NCBI RefSeq assembly: GCF_006345805.1
Contig: NC_043012.1
Location: 37,634,001 to 37,698,000, forward strand
Source of the DNA: Octopus sinensis
Lineage: Eukaryota
Reading direction: 5' to 3'
Length of the DNA: 64,000 bases
Positions 37,290-50,600 of this stretch are shown here, in pieces. The notes under the pieces were generated by a model. The model ran no database searches and had not been told where the DNA came from. It saw only the letters and a list, made by a program, of their open reading frames with translations. The translations under genes were made by a program, and so were the position numbers. The number at the start of each line of letters is the position of its first letter. The stretch's first letter is position 1.

Positions 37290-38062
37290 CTCTGAAGGGC
37301 GCGAAATTTGTTTCCTCACGAGAGTTCCGGACGCCAGTTATGAACTCATTTGCATACAGCCAATCAAATTTTCATCTGCAGAGCATCAGTCCATTGGGAA
37401 ACCCTGTTTCATATGTCCATTTACAAATGTTCCAATCGAACATCAACCAATTAATGTCACCAGTTTAGAACGATGCTACATTCACCCCAACCTTTGGACA
37501 GCATTGTCCTCACCAACTCATATAGATCATCATCATCATCATTATTTAAGCCTGTTTTCCATGCTGGTATGGGTTGTACTGTCAACTTTGGCAAGGTTTC
37601 TATCAGAGCTGTGAAGTTGAAACTAACAACTCCGACTCCGACTCCTCTTTATGTAATTAAGTGGTTGTGGTCTACATATCTCGTAAAGCATATGCATACG
37701 CTTGTACTCTGAGTAGGCCTCTATGTTGTAACTGGTTTATATTAAAGAATATAAAGATATGGAGTCAGAATCAGAGTCAATATAGTTTTACCAACTCCAA
37801 CAACCCCTTAATTATTTCCGACTTCACAGCCCTGATTTCTATGGCTGAATGCCCTTCATAACACCAACCACTTTATAGTGAAATACATCAAACTAAAAGG
37901 ACAGCAAAAACCCTCATTACACCCCTCTCTACCTCCCACCGTCAAAATAAAATTGGACATGCATCAACAGATATGAATAAGCTAATCAGAAGTCAAACTA
38001 CAGATCTGACCATCGGTACAGTGACGGAAGTTTACTTCACAATTCTGTGGTTTCAATCTTAC

Positions 38063-38271
38063 CGTGCGACACCTTGGGCAAGTGTCTTTATCATAGAATT
38101 GAGTGGATCAAAGATCTGGGAGTGAAACGGGGCAGACAGAAGATGGGTAGAAACCTGTTCACAGAGAACTACTCTTAGTCTTGGATGGAGGTTTAACACC
38201 ACCTCCTGGACTGAGTAAAAACATTCAGGTGACAGCTCATCTGGAGAGAACCTTCCTTCTATTGAGCTCCT
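38063..38271 (-). CDS. Candidate exon, 209 nt, phase 0-2: RSSIEGRFSPDELSPECFYSVQEVVLNLHPRLRVVLCEQ...TLAQGVA
   Basis: Acceptor cactttttttttcag|, donor ACG|gtaaga. It bridges the phase gap, but its 3' end is SINE-derived, so it is doubtful. Confidence 0.35.
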
Positions 38272-38709
38272 CTGAAAAAAAAAGTGTTGAGTCAACCCTG
38301 GAGAACAGTTATGGGTGGAACTTGCGAAAGAGTTATGAATGGGTCCTAAAAAGTAGCCTGTGTCATTAGAGTATGTAAGATAAAATAACTAATGCTATAA
38401 ATAAGTTCAGAAAAATAAAATCAAAAATAAAGGCAGAGAATGAAGAACAACCCCTCTCACACACACATCTCCCCCAGGTGTCACAATCTCACATGCAGTA
38501 AAGAAAAGAAGCTCTTTGATTAAAGTTCATCAGCCACACAGATTGATATGAAGGAGGTTAGACTTGTTCAAAGCTGTTGCAAAATAATCAATAAAACTAG
38601 AAATAATTTTGCTTCCTTACACACATGCACGCGTGTGCACCATCTATCTCATGAACTCCAGGTCATCTATCTCAATCACACACCATCTGTATTATTAATC
38701 AGAGATCAA

Positions 38710-39035
38710 CCATCTCATCAATCGCTGGCCAGCCATCTCGTCAATCGCTGGCCAGCCATCTCGTCAATCGCTGGCCAGCCATCTCGTCAATCGCTGGCCA
38801 GCCATCTTGTCGATCACTGGCCAGCCATCTTGTCAATCGCTGGCCAGCCACCTCATCAATCACTAGCCAACCATCTCATCGATGGCTGGCCAGCCATCTT
38901 GTTGATCACTGGCCAGCCATCTTGTCAATCGCTGGCCAGCCACCTCATCAATCACAAGCCAGTTATCTCCTAAATCGCTGGCCAGCCACCTCATCAATCA
39001 CGGGCCAGCCATCTCATCAATCACAGACCAGCTAT
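38710..39035. repeat. 23-bp minisatellite (TCAATCGCTGGCCAGCCATCTCG)n
   Basis: About 14 units, perfect in the middle and decaying at the ends. Confidence 0.95.
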
Positions 39036-39571
39036 TTCATTGGTCATAATCATCCTCACCATCATCATCTGAAGTCTACTTTCCTTGCTAGCAGGAGTCA
39101 AACCCTTTGAGAGAATCCAACAGGTTGGATGACAACATTTTATTCCAGAGCCATAGTTTGGGGATGATTTCTATAGCAGGATACCCTTCTTAATGCCAAC
39201 TGCATTTTCTTTTTCATGGCACCAGCATTTAATGATATCTTGTGACTTGCAGGATCATATATCACAGACCTTGTTAATCACTCTGACCTTCAATCCTATT
39301 TTTCACACACCCATCCATGTCAATTTTCAAAATTAGCTGCACTCCAGAATCAATATTGACAAACAGATGAGAAATATATAAAGCTTCCATCAACTCTGCA
39401 TGCATGTGTGTAAAGAACGGACAGAGTCAAGACTATTGAAAAGGTTGCAAGATGCAACAAAAATTTTAGGAAAATAAAAATAAGAAATAAGTAGAAATTT
39501 TACCGGTGAGTGTATTACATTATAAGGAACAAAAAGAAAATGACTCTCCCCAGACACAACAGTAAATATAT

Positions 39572-41392
39572 CATCATCATCATTGTCGTTTACCGTTCGC
39601 TTTCCATGCTAGCATGGGTTGGACGGTTTAACTGTAGGCCGGCAAACCAGATGGCTGCACCAGGCTCCAGTCTTGATCTGGCAGTTTCTACAGCTGGATG
39701 CCCTTCCTAACGCCAACTACTCCGAGAGTGTAGTGGGTGCTTTTACGTGCCACCGGCACGAGGGCCAGTCTGGCGGTACTGGCAACGACCTCGCTCGAAT
39801 TTTTTCCACATGCCAACGGCACAGATGCCAGTAAGGCGATGCTGGTAACGATCCTGCTCGAAAGGTGCCTCCTACATGCCACTGGCACGGAAGACAGTTA
39901 GCCACTCTGGCAACAATCACTCTCGGATGGTGCTCTTAGCACCCTACTAGCATGAGGCACAAGTGCCAATAAGGCAAAGCTGGCATCGATCACACTCGAA
40001 TGGTGCCTTTTATGTGCCACTGGCACGGAAGCCTGTTAGCTGCTCTGTCAACGATCACACTCGTATGGTGCTCATGCCCATCATCGAATTTCACTTTGAT
40101 TTCAATTTCACTTGCCTCAATAGGTCTTCGGAAGCAGAGTTTAGTGTCCAAAGAAGGAAAAGGTATGCACAAGTGGCTGGTTACGCCCCTGGCACAGGCC
40201 ACGAGGTTATGGTCTCATTTGGCTTGATGGGTCTTCTCAAGCACAGCATATTTCCAAAGGTCTCGGTCACTAGTCATTTTCTTGGTGAGGCCTAAAGTTC
40301 AAAAGTCATGCTTCGCCACTTCATCCCAGGTTTTCCTGGGTCTACCTCTTCCACAGGTTCCCTCAACCGCTAGGGTGTGGCACTTTTCCACACAGCTATC
40401 CTCATCCATTCTCACTACATGACCATACCAACTTTTCTCTCAAGGTACTTACACTCTGTCGAGTATGCACACTGACATTACACATCCATCGGATCATACT
40501 GGCTTCATTCCTTGTGAGCTTACGCATGTCCTCAGCAGTCACAGCCCATGTTTCACTGCAATGTAGAATGGCTGTTCATACACATGCGTCATACAGTCTA
40601 CCTTTTACCCTGAGCGAGAGGCCCTTTGTCACCAGCAGGGTAAGAGCTCTCTGAACTTTGCCCAAGCTATTCTTACTCTAGCAGTTACACTTTCAGAGCA
40701 CCCTCCCCTGCTACTGACTTGGTCACCTAGGTAACGGAAGCTATCAACTACTTCTAGTTTTTCTCCCTGAAATGTGGTGAAAGTTGTTCTCTGCACATTG
40801 TCAGTGTTTATTGCACCTGAGCATCTGCCACATACAAAAGCTATCTTCCCAGTTAGCCTTCCTTTGATATTACTGCACCTCTTATGTGTCCATAGCTTAC
40901 ACTGAGTACATCTTATAGTGTTTCTACCTACACCTCTACTACAGATCAAGCAGGGCCATCTACCTGAAGGGATTTGTGGTTTGCCTGCCTTACTACTTAT
41001 TAGGACTTTGGTTTTAGCTAGGTTGATTTTAAGGCCCTTTGATTCTAATCCTTGTTTCCACACTTGAAACTTCTCCTCGAGTTCTGATAGTGACTCAGCA
41101 ATTAGAGCGAGGTCATCAGCATAGAAGAGCTCCCAGAGGCATCCTGTCTTGAATTCCTCCGTTATTGCCTGGAGGACTATGATAAATAGGAGGGGGATGA
41201 GGACTGAACCTTGGTGGACCCCTACCTCTACCCTGAATTCTTCAGTGTACTCGTTGCCAACCCTCACCTTACTAGCAGCGTCCCTGTACATGGCTTGTAC
41301 AGCTCTCACTAACCATTCATCTATCCCTAGTTTCCTCATTGACCACCAGATAAGGGATCGGGGGACCCTGTTAATCATATGTACTACACAAT
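39572..41392 (-). mobile_element. RTE-clade LINE, 5'-truncated, copy 3
   Basis: ORF 40629..41396 with VGVHQG, FYADD, PHD-like block and FRYLG; small internal deletion near 40430; repetitive 3' UTR and (GAT)n tail. Confidence 0.95.
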
Positions 41393-41584
41393 GCATTATT
41401 TTTGGCTAATTTCAAATATAAGATAAACTTTGTTTAATAAACAATTTTTGGCTTGCATGAAGATCTAAGAAGACAAAGAAATGAAGATTGGTCCCCATTT
41501 CTTGCCAAAGTGGGACTACTCTATTTACTTTACACCAAGAGACTAAATTGATAGGGTTATTGACTCCGACATAGATTACATGCC

Positions 41585-41619
<35 letters not shown>

Positions 41620-42560
41620 CACATACACATGTATGTATTTGAAATAGAAGAGTGTGTGAGCAAAAGAGAGAACATATGAGAGACAGAGCATATGTGTGTG
41701 TGTGTGTGTGTGTGTGTACATGCATGTGTGTGTGTGTGGTGTGTGTGTGTGTGTGTGTGTGTGTAGACAGGCAACAGTTCACATTGCACAAAGCTCCCCT
41801 CTCTTCCTCTAAGCCGAGTCTTTCTCAGCGGAACAGATTAAACCATCTTTTTTTCCATTCATAAAAAGAAAAAGTTGTGCACAGAATATATCGTGCAGTA
41901 GCATCCTAGGGATGACATGAAGAGGCACAAGAGAAGATGCTATGATTATGTCAAGTGCAAGTGAGTGTGGCAAAGGCAATTGGTTTCTGAACTAACATTC
42001 TCTACATTGAAAGCGGGGGAGGGGGGAGGAACAGCCAAGAAATTGCTAGAGAAACAATGAGACGTGCTTCCCTACCATTCTTTGTCTGTTAATCTCTCTG
42101 TCTGTCTGTCTGTCTCTCCCACTCCTTAACATACGGTTGTCTGCTCAATCAATGTCTCTCTACAATATGTACATCTCTCTCTCTCTCTCTCTCTCTCTCT
42201 TATATATGTGTATGTGTGTGTGTGTCTATATACATATGTGTGTGTGTATATTTGTGTGTATATGTGTGTGTGTCTATATATATGTGTGTGTTTGTGTATA
42301 TGTGTGTCTATATTATTGTATGTGTGTGTGTGTGTGTGCATATATATGTGTATGTGTGTGTGTGTATGTATATATGTGTGTGTATGTGTGTATATGTGTA
42401 TAAATGTGTGTGTGTGTGTGTGTGAATATATATCTTTCTATATGAATCAAATCTCACAGTTGGTTACTTGTTTTCTACACACCTCAACCATTAGTTTAGA
42501 GAACAAGATCTTATGGATCTCCAATTTGCAATCAACCAACGCGCCATGTATAGATGCTCC

Positions 42561-42602
<42 letters not shown>

Positions 42603-43084
42603 ACATACAAAGATTAGAATAATTAGATTAATGACCATTCTGGTTCAGGAACCATTAATTTGCCACCAGCTCGTTTGAGATGTGCAAGTTTTCTATAAAC
42701 ATTCAGATAAAGAAAGCATGTTGACTATAGTCTTGCATGCCCCAAATTTAAGAAATAAGACAGAGAAAGAAGGTGCTGCCATGCTGACCTAACTTCAGAT
42801 AAATCCAATCAAAGCCCTCACAGAGAATGCAACAGTCAACAATATAGGTGAAGATACTGTATTTTCTGTCAGACAAATCAACACAGCAAACAATCAGTGT
42901 AAACATTCAAATATCAGCCTTAACTTTCCAAATCCTGTTGTATTTCACTTGGAATTTTCAGTCATCCAAAGTCATTTTGGTACATATGCTGACCTACATT
43001 TTCTTTTTTTTTTCGTTAATTTTGTTCTGATAAATTCTACTTTCATTCCGGAAAATACAGAAAAATATGCCTCTCACTTCAAAA

Positions 43085-43465
43085 CAAGCAGTAATATTCT
43101 TTTCTACTCTAGGCACAAGGCCTGAAATTTTTGGGGAGGGAACCAGTTGATTAGATTGACCCCAGTTCACAACTGGTACTTAATTTATTGACCCCGAAAG
43201 AATGAAAGGCAAAGTCGACCTCAGTGGAATTTGAACTCAGAATGTAAAGACAGATGAAATAACACAAAACATTTTGCCTGGTGTGCTAACGTTTCTGCCA
43301 GCTCGCTGCCTTAAAAATAATCTTTTCTACTCTAGGCACAAGGCCTGAAATTTTGGGGGAGGGGGCCAGTCGATTAGATCGGCCCCAGTATGCAACTGGT
43401 ACTTAATTTATCAATCCCGAAAGGATGAGAGGCAAAGTCGACCTCGGTGGAATTTGAACTCAGAA
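43085..43465 (-). mobile_element. Two tandem SINE family C copies
   Basis: tctttctactctaggcacaagg...gaactcagaat repeated at ~43100 and ~43320. Confidence 0.85.
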
Positions 43466-43874
43466 TGATGATGGTGGTGGTGATGGATGTGTATGTGTGT
43501 ATATTTGTGCCACCTTGTCTTGACATGATAGTTGGTGAATGAGTAGTGTCACAGTCCTACAAACTGCATTATACCTATCCACTTTTCTGCAAAATCATGT
43601 CTGATCATGGAGAAATTTAACTACTAGGACATCGCCGAGGGTTGGTGATAAGAAGGGCGTCCTGCTATTGAATGCCTCAACAAGCTCTGTGTAAACACAT
43701 AGAAAATTATAATGATAAATTGCTAGATAGTTAATAATGGCCCAACTGATAAGTATTTCCAATCGTCATCACATTTTCAAAAACCACATAATGGCGGTGC
43801 CCCAGCATGGCCACAGCTCATGAGCTGAAACTAAAATCAATCAATAGCCCGAAACAGCAGTGAAGGGACCTTAC

Positions 43875-43925
43875 ATGCTCATTCAAACTTCTAGAAACAG
43901 CTGCTAAATCTCTCAAAACTACAAT
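43875..43925 (-). CDS. Exon, 51 nt, phase 0-0: IVVLRDLAAVSRSLNEH
   Basis: Acceptor ccttccttccttctatttag|, donor CAT|gtaagg; exactly 17 open codons. Confidence 0.65.
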
Positions 43926-44194
43926 CTAAATAGAAGGAAGGAAGGACTTGCTGACATAGTACTAGATACACTGCATCTGGTAAAATAACAGCAGTGTCAT
44001 GGTTAGAATGTCTTTGATCAAGACTGAACTGAGATTTAAACAACAATACCACCATCATCATCACCACCAGCAACTTTGAAGAATGTAATTCTAAATACAT
44101 TATGTCTGGAGAAATAATACTGGATGGTCATGGTTGGAATGCATTTGATAGTAAATGTGTTGGAGAGAGGGAACAAATACCCTAAGTGTTTAGG

Positions 44195-44490
44195 GTATTT
44201 GGTTAACAATCATAAGGTCACGGGTTCAATTCCAAGCAGTACACTGTGTCCTTGAGCAAGGCTCTTTATTTCATGCTGCTCCGGTTCACTCAGCTGGCAA
44301 AAATCAGTTGAAATTCAGAGGGCCAGCCTGGTCACATTCGGTGTGTCACACTGAATCTCCCTTACAACTACATTAAGAGTATGCATGTCTGTGGAGCACT
44401 CAGCCAATTGCATGTTAATTTCATGAACAGGATATTCCATTGATTGGATCAACTGGAACACTCCTCATTGTAAATGATGGAATGCCAAAA
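44195..44490 (+). mobile_element. SINE family B
   Basis: gggttcaattcc B-box; tail ...ttccattgattggatcaactggaac; similar copy at 46435-46700. Confidence 0.75.
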
Positions 44491-46434
44491 TAAGGAGGAA
44501 AAGGGGAAAAAAGAAAATGTGCTGAATCAGAGCTGACTTAGGAAACAACAGCAGTGGAGGCGCTATGGCCCAGTGGTTAGGGTAGAGGACTCACAGTCAT
44601 AAGAACGCTGTATCGATTCCCAGACCGGACATTGTGAGTGTTTATTGAGCAAAAAACACCTAAGCTCCACAAAGCTCCAGCGGGGTGAACCCCACTGTAA
44701 TCTTTCACCACAATTTTCTCTCACTCTTTCTTCCTACTTCTGCCACAAAGCAGAGGAACCATGGTGTAACCCACTATGGTGTGGTAAACTTTCAGACCCT
44801 AGTCTAGATTGCGAGTCTTCTGTACCCCAGGATGGTTCAGCTCTCCACCCGTTAAAAGTCATCGTTTACGGAATGAAGATAACAATGTAGCTTTCGCACC
44901 CGTGCAACCGCCAATCTATCGCGTGTGGTGGGGTGGATCTTCAAGTTGCCACACGCATTCTTAGTAGCTTAGAGTAGGCTCGAATTAGAGATTATTCTTT
45001 GTGGCTAATGGCGTGAGTCCTGATTGGAGGAGGAGGAGGAGGAGTAGGAGAAGAAGAAGAAGAAGAAGAAAAAGAAGACAGCAACAGCAGCAACCCCCAC
45101 CAACTGGTTAGTGATCAGCATGTGTAATCCATTCCCTACCATTTCTTGAATTCTGGTAAAACCATCACAGCAGAGAAGTGTTGCCAGGAAATTCCCAAAA
45201 TACACCAAGAACTGCAATGTTTACTTACGCCAAGCATTGGTCAATCACTAAGGACTGACCAAATTTTTTCCATGCTGATGCTCACTCAGCTACACATGGC
45301 TTGTGAATGACTCAGTGAAAATTGAAACAACGCTACCTCGCCCAGGTTACTCATAAACACACACACACACACACACACCACTGACTGACAACTTCATGAC
45401 ATCCCTGTAACCTACAAAAGAATCATGAATATAATTTACACTCACTCCACCAAACTGCTATCAGATCAAAACCCACACACACACACCTTTGCTCAAAACT
45501 ACAGATATAAAAAAAATAAAATAAAATAAATGAAACCATACACAGACTAAAAATAAACAAACCTACACCCTACTTAGAAGAACTTCCTAACTCACACACA
45601 ACACCTCTGGTCACTCCATATGTATCTAGTTTCCCCAGGCATGACACAATTACCTCAATAAACTTCTTATTCTACAATTAACTTGTATTGAGTTTCCATT
45701 AAGCGGTTCAAGTACAAGGGGCCCATTTCAGTTGCAGAACCATTTACTGACCCCTTGCGACACACAGGGACATAGCACAAGTATTTTATACACACGTGTG
45801 TGGCGTGTGTGTACCAAGGTTTATCCTGAATGCTACAGGTGACCTGATACCAGTGGCAGACTGGCCAGGTTGCCAGCTTGCCTGATAGCAAGTGGGACCT
45901 TGCGCCATTAGAATCCAACTATGGGGGCCCATGTTAGTATCTAAGGGACCCATCCCCTCAAGTTTGAAAATTTTTTTATTCACTCCCAGAAGAATGCATT
46001 AATTATTCCAGCCTGGCTGGGTTTGTAGACAGTTGAAAAGAATACTTTTAACAAAAAAAATTTAAATGATAGCATTGTAGTTGCGGGTGGGCCCCCTTAG
46101 TCTCCTGGCAATCAATATTTTTAGACCCAGTCCACCACTGCCTGTAACCCAGTACAACCCTTTGCATGGCCTGGCTGGCTGTTAGCAAACTAAACTACCA
46201 ACACCTAGATTGAAAAGCAGGGCAAATTATGTCAATCTAATCTAGAAAAAAATCAAATATTTTGCATTTTATGCACAGTAATTAGATTAACCTTCATAAT
46301 TTTATTGAATTAGGTGCATATTTTGCCATAAAAGGAGAATGTTACTATCGATTTATTTTCTTCAGAGTAGGCACTGCCTTCCTTGCATACCCAGGAAGAA
46401 CATCCCTGATATATGTAGTGGAGGTGCGTACCTT

Positions 46435-46700
46435 AGTAGTAAGGGTATTTGGCTCACGATTGCAAGGTTGTGAGTTCAATTCCCAGCAACATGTTATGCC
46501 CTTGAGCAAGAAACTTTATTTCACATTGTTCCAGTCCACTCAGCTGGCAAAAATGAGTGGTACTTGTATTTCAAAGGGGGCCAGCCTTGTCACGTTTAAT
46601 CTCCCTGAGAACTACTTTAAGGGCATGCATGTTTGTGGAGTACTCAACCACTTACACGAGCAGGCTGTTCCATTCACTGGATCAAGTGAAATTCACATGG
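46435..46700 (+). mobile_element. SINE family B
   Basis: gagttcaattcc B-box; same body as 44195-44490. Confidence 0.75.
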
Positions 46701-47211
46701 TCGTATCCAAGGGACTGCCAATATACACACATATGCATATAAGTATGTCTGTATGTATGCAGGGTGGATTGGTCTGTATACAGGGTGGATTGGACTCTAA
46801 ACTGCAGTACAGGTAACTAACCCAGGAGATGGTAAACTGCTCAACCCATGCCAGCATGAAAGAATGGACATGAAATGGTGATGAGAAGTTTCTCATTCAT
46901 TTCCATTATGTAATTTTAAATGAATTCCTTTGGTCAAACTTCAGATTCTCTTGCAAGTGCTGAATTCTATAAAGAAAGTTTCCATAATGGAGAGGACCTT
47001 TTAGTATGTGTGTGTGCATGAATAAATATAAATGTACATACATATATGTGTGTGTGCATTCTCTCATTCATCAAAATGTCAAAGACTTTTCCATTTCTCA
47101 CAAGTGTCAAACTAATTAATACATCTTGTTTTGGTTCCCTCAGCTGTCTCTTGTCATTATTTTTTTTTGTACAATTTGGAACCACACACACACACACACA
47201 CACACATATAC

Positions 47212-47270
<59 letters not shown>

Positions 47271-47487
47271 ATCTTATATCTCTCCCCACCACTACACACT
47301 CAATAACACTATAAAAATGGTCAAATTTTCCCCAAGAACTTAGTTCAATTTGAAAACTCCACTAGAATGGATGAAAGCGCTAATATATAATACATGATGT
47401 ATAAAAACACGTAATATACAAATAAATATCTGTAAATATAAAACCATCTGAATTTCTGAGTACCTCATTTCTTCTAATATAAAATAC

Positions 47488-47506
47488 CTGTACATCATCT
47501 CCAACC

Positions 47507-47508
<2 letters not shown>
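47488..47508 (-). CDS. Candidate microexon, 21 nt, phase 0-0: KVGDDVQ
   Basis: Donor CAG|gtattt; the acceptor AG is preceded by (TA)n rather than a pyrimidine tract. It gives the natural-looking join LELKVGDDVQIVVL. Confidence 0.4.
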
Positions 47509-47564
<56 letters not shown>

Positions 47565-47634
47565 ATATTTTGGAATGGTCATTTTGCCAGTTTAGCCAAT
47601 AAAAAATCTTGCACAACAAATATTTAAACGTATA

Positions 47635-47685
<51 letters not shown>

Positions 47686-48089
47686 TCATCATCATCATTG
47701 TTGTTTAACATCCACTTTCCGTACTGGCATGGGTTGGATAGTTTGACTAAGGACTGGCAAGCCAGGAAGCTGCACCAGGCTCCAATCTGATCTGGCTGGA
47801 TGTCCTTCCTTATGCCAACCACTCCAAGAATGGAGTGGGTGCGCTTTACATGCCACCGGCACAGGGTCCAGTCAGGCAGCACTGGCATCGACCACACTTG
47901 AATGGTGCCTTTTATGTGGTATATATGAAGGGCTTCTTTCAGTTTCCATCTGCTAAATCCACTCAGAAGGCTTTGGTCAGCCCAGTGTAACAGTAGAAGA
48001 TACTTGACAAGTGCAAGTGAATGCATGTATGTTTTTAAGTCATGGGCAACATATGTACCTCTAGATTGAAATTTTGCTTAGGCACCCAC

Positions 48090-48123
<34 letters not shown>

Positions 48124-48140
48124 TACATACACACACACAC

Positions 48141-48171
<31 letters not shown>

Positions 48172-48671
48172 ATATTTATTTATATATACTAGCAGAAGTA
48201 CTTGGTTATACCTGGGTTTATATAAAGTATCAGAAAGTTCACACCCTGTGACCTTCTTGAAAAGCTGTGCTTCAATGCAAAATTTATATACATACATATT
48301 GTGTGTGGGGGGGGGGGGTACATAGGTGTGTATCTGATATATATTTATATGTAATTAACGGGAGTTTTGTTGTTTGATTTGCTTTTGTTTATGTGTTTTA
48401 TTTCCAGTAGTGAAAGAATTAGGTCAGAAAGTTTTATCTGCAATAAAACCAGAGATGATTGGTTAATAGCCATGGTCACATGACATTTTATTGCCAATAA
48501 AAGCAAGATTACATTACAAGTGGAGTGTACTCTATTAAGCCCCTGCTGTATTCAGACACTAAGCTTTCCAGATAAAGAATTAATTAATTTATATATACAT
48601 ACATATACACATATATATACATACATATACACATATATAACATACATATACACATATATATACATACATAT

Positions 48672-48737
<66 letters not shown>

Positions 48738-48910
48738 AGTAAATCTGAATAAATATAGACAGGCTAAACAAAAGCATTTTGGTGCTGTTGCTGCTGCAAT
48801 TATATATATTTACATAGAGACAGAGAAAGAGCAGGGGGGGGGCTGGTTAGGGATAGAGTAAAGAAAGCTATTTTTAAGAGTTGTCTTTAGCTTAAAAAAC
48901 ACAACAAAAC

Positions 48911-48978
48911 CAGTTCTAGCCTTTGCTGTAATTTCCATTTTGTTGTCAATGACGGGATTTCTATGTGATTGCTTGAAG
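48911..48978 (-). CDS. Candidate exon, 68 nt, phase 1-0: (A)SSNHIEIPSLTTKWKLQQRLEL
   Basis: Acceptor attttgcctgtttttaacag|; donor CTG|gttttg is weak. Confidence 0.4.
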
Positions 48979-49477
48979 CTGTTAAAAACAGGCAAAATTT
49001 CCCTCAAATTTCACCCCAGAAAATGTCTTTCATAGAGGAAAGAACATATAGTAGTCCAAAATACATGTAAAGATGGTATGGGCATGGTTGACAAACCTCT
49101 GATCATTGGTTTGCTTGGTCAAAGAGGCCCAGTGGCTAAAATAGCAATTGTTTTACCATATCTTCTCAGACAGTGGAGGGGGTTGGCATTCCAGCTAAGA
49201 ACTGGTGGGGGTGGCGATGAAGAAATAAAGAAGAAAATGAAAGAACAAAAAGAAGAAAATTAATGCAGAGAAAATAACTATTATAGGTGAAACTAATTAA
49301 TGCATTACATTAATTATTTATGCAAATTATGCAAGGCATGTGTTTCTGCAATCAAACCAATTTGTATGTAAACAGACTGATATAGGAAAAAAACAAATAC
49401 ACACCTGTCTAATAAGCAAGGTAGAATTTAACTTTGTGTTAATGTTTAAATAATTCATTCTTTACAAGACAAACATA

Positions 49478-50600
49478 TCAGGCTGAGTAAAAAGGAAGCA
49501 ACGTTTTGAAACATGAAATTCATCACAATATATTTCGACAATGCAAACATGTTATTCATCAAAATAAATACCATTACAATCAACACGTTTTTGCCAACCA
49601 AGTTACAAGTTTGTTTATTCCGGTAACATAAAATTCTGGAGTTCTGGAGCTGAGGAACTCTTTGAATGTACTTTCAGCATCAAGGTGCATGAAAATGTGG
49701 TAGTAAGTAGGAGAAAGGTCTAGGGAATAAGCTGGGTGGGAAAGAACTTCTGGTGGTCATTAATGAAATGTGTTGTCAAGCATTGTCATGAAGAATGATT
49801 GGCCCTCTTCTGTTGACCCATCTGGGACAAAGGAGTAGCAGGTTTCCATTCATTTTGCCAATTTCATGGCAATATGTTTCTGTAGTAATGGTTTTTCCAG
49901 GTTTTAAGAAGTTATAGTGGATGAGTCACTATAACCTTTTTGAAGAGCCTGGGTTTAGGGAAGGTTTTCGTTGCTTCATTTTGGTCCAACCACTGCAAAG
50001 AACATTTTTATTATTGAACAGAATCCACTTTGCATCGTAAGTTACAATACAGTCAAGAAGTAAATCGGTGTGATTACAGAGAAGAAGCAATGAGCAAATT
50101 TCACATCTGCGCATTTTCTGATTGTCATTCAAATTGTGTGGTAGCCATTTGTCGAGCTTTCTTGATTTTCCTATTGCATGCAAATGGTTGCAGGCAGTTT
50201 TCTGGCTAACTTGGAGTACTTTTGCTAGTTCTCGAGTGCTTTTACGTGGATCTTTCTCAATGATGGTCTTTAATTGACCATCATCGATGATAGATGGGCA
50301 TCCACTACGCTCACGGTCTTCAAGGCTCAGGTCGCCATTGCAAAATCGTTTAAACCCATTTTCAAGCTGACCACTCACTGGTCATTTCCTCATCAAATGT
50401 TTCAATGATATCGTGAGCAGTTTTCACTGCTTTATGTCCTTTTTTGAAGTTGAATAGCAAAATTGCTAAAATTTTGTGCTTTGCAGTTCCATTTCAGATG
50501 ATTGTAACAACGGTGAAAGAAATATCAATGTTCATTTATTGATGCATTTGGGCAAGTCTATATCTGTATTATCAGACAATTGCAAACAAATGCTTAAAAA
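49478..50600 (-). pseudogene. Mariner transposase relic
   Basis: LLFNFKKGHKA, GDLSLEDRERSGCP, DPRKSTRELA, KWLPHNL (WVPHEL motif), IVTYDAKWI (DEKW motif); frameshifted; TA-flanked end at 49478. Confidence 0.9.

Noticed and set aside
41412-41457. Very strong minus-strand acceptor (tcttcatttctttgtcttcttag)
   Set aside because: All frames stop within about 70 nt and no good donor follows.
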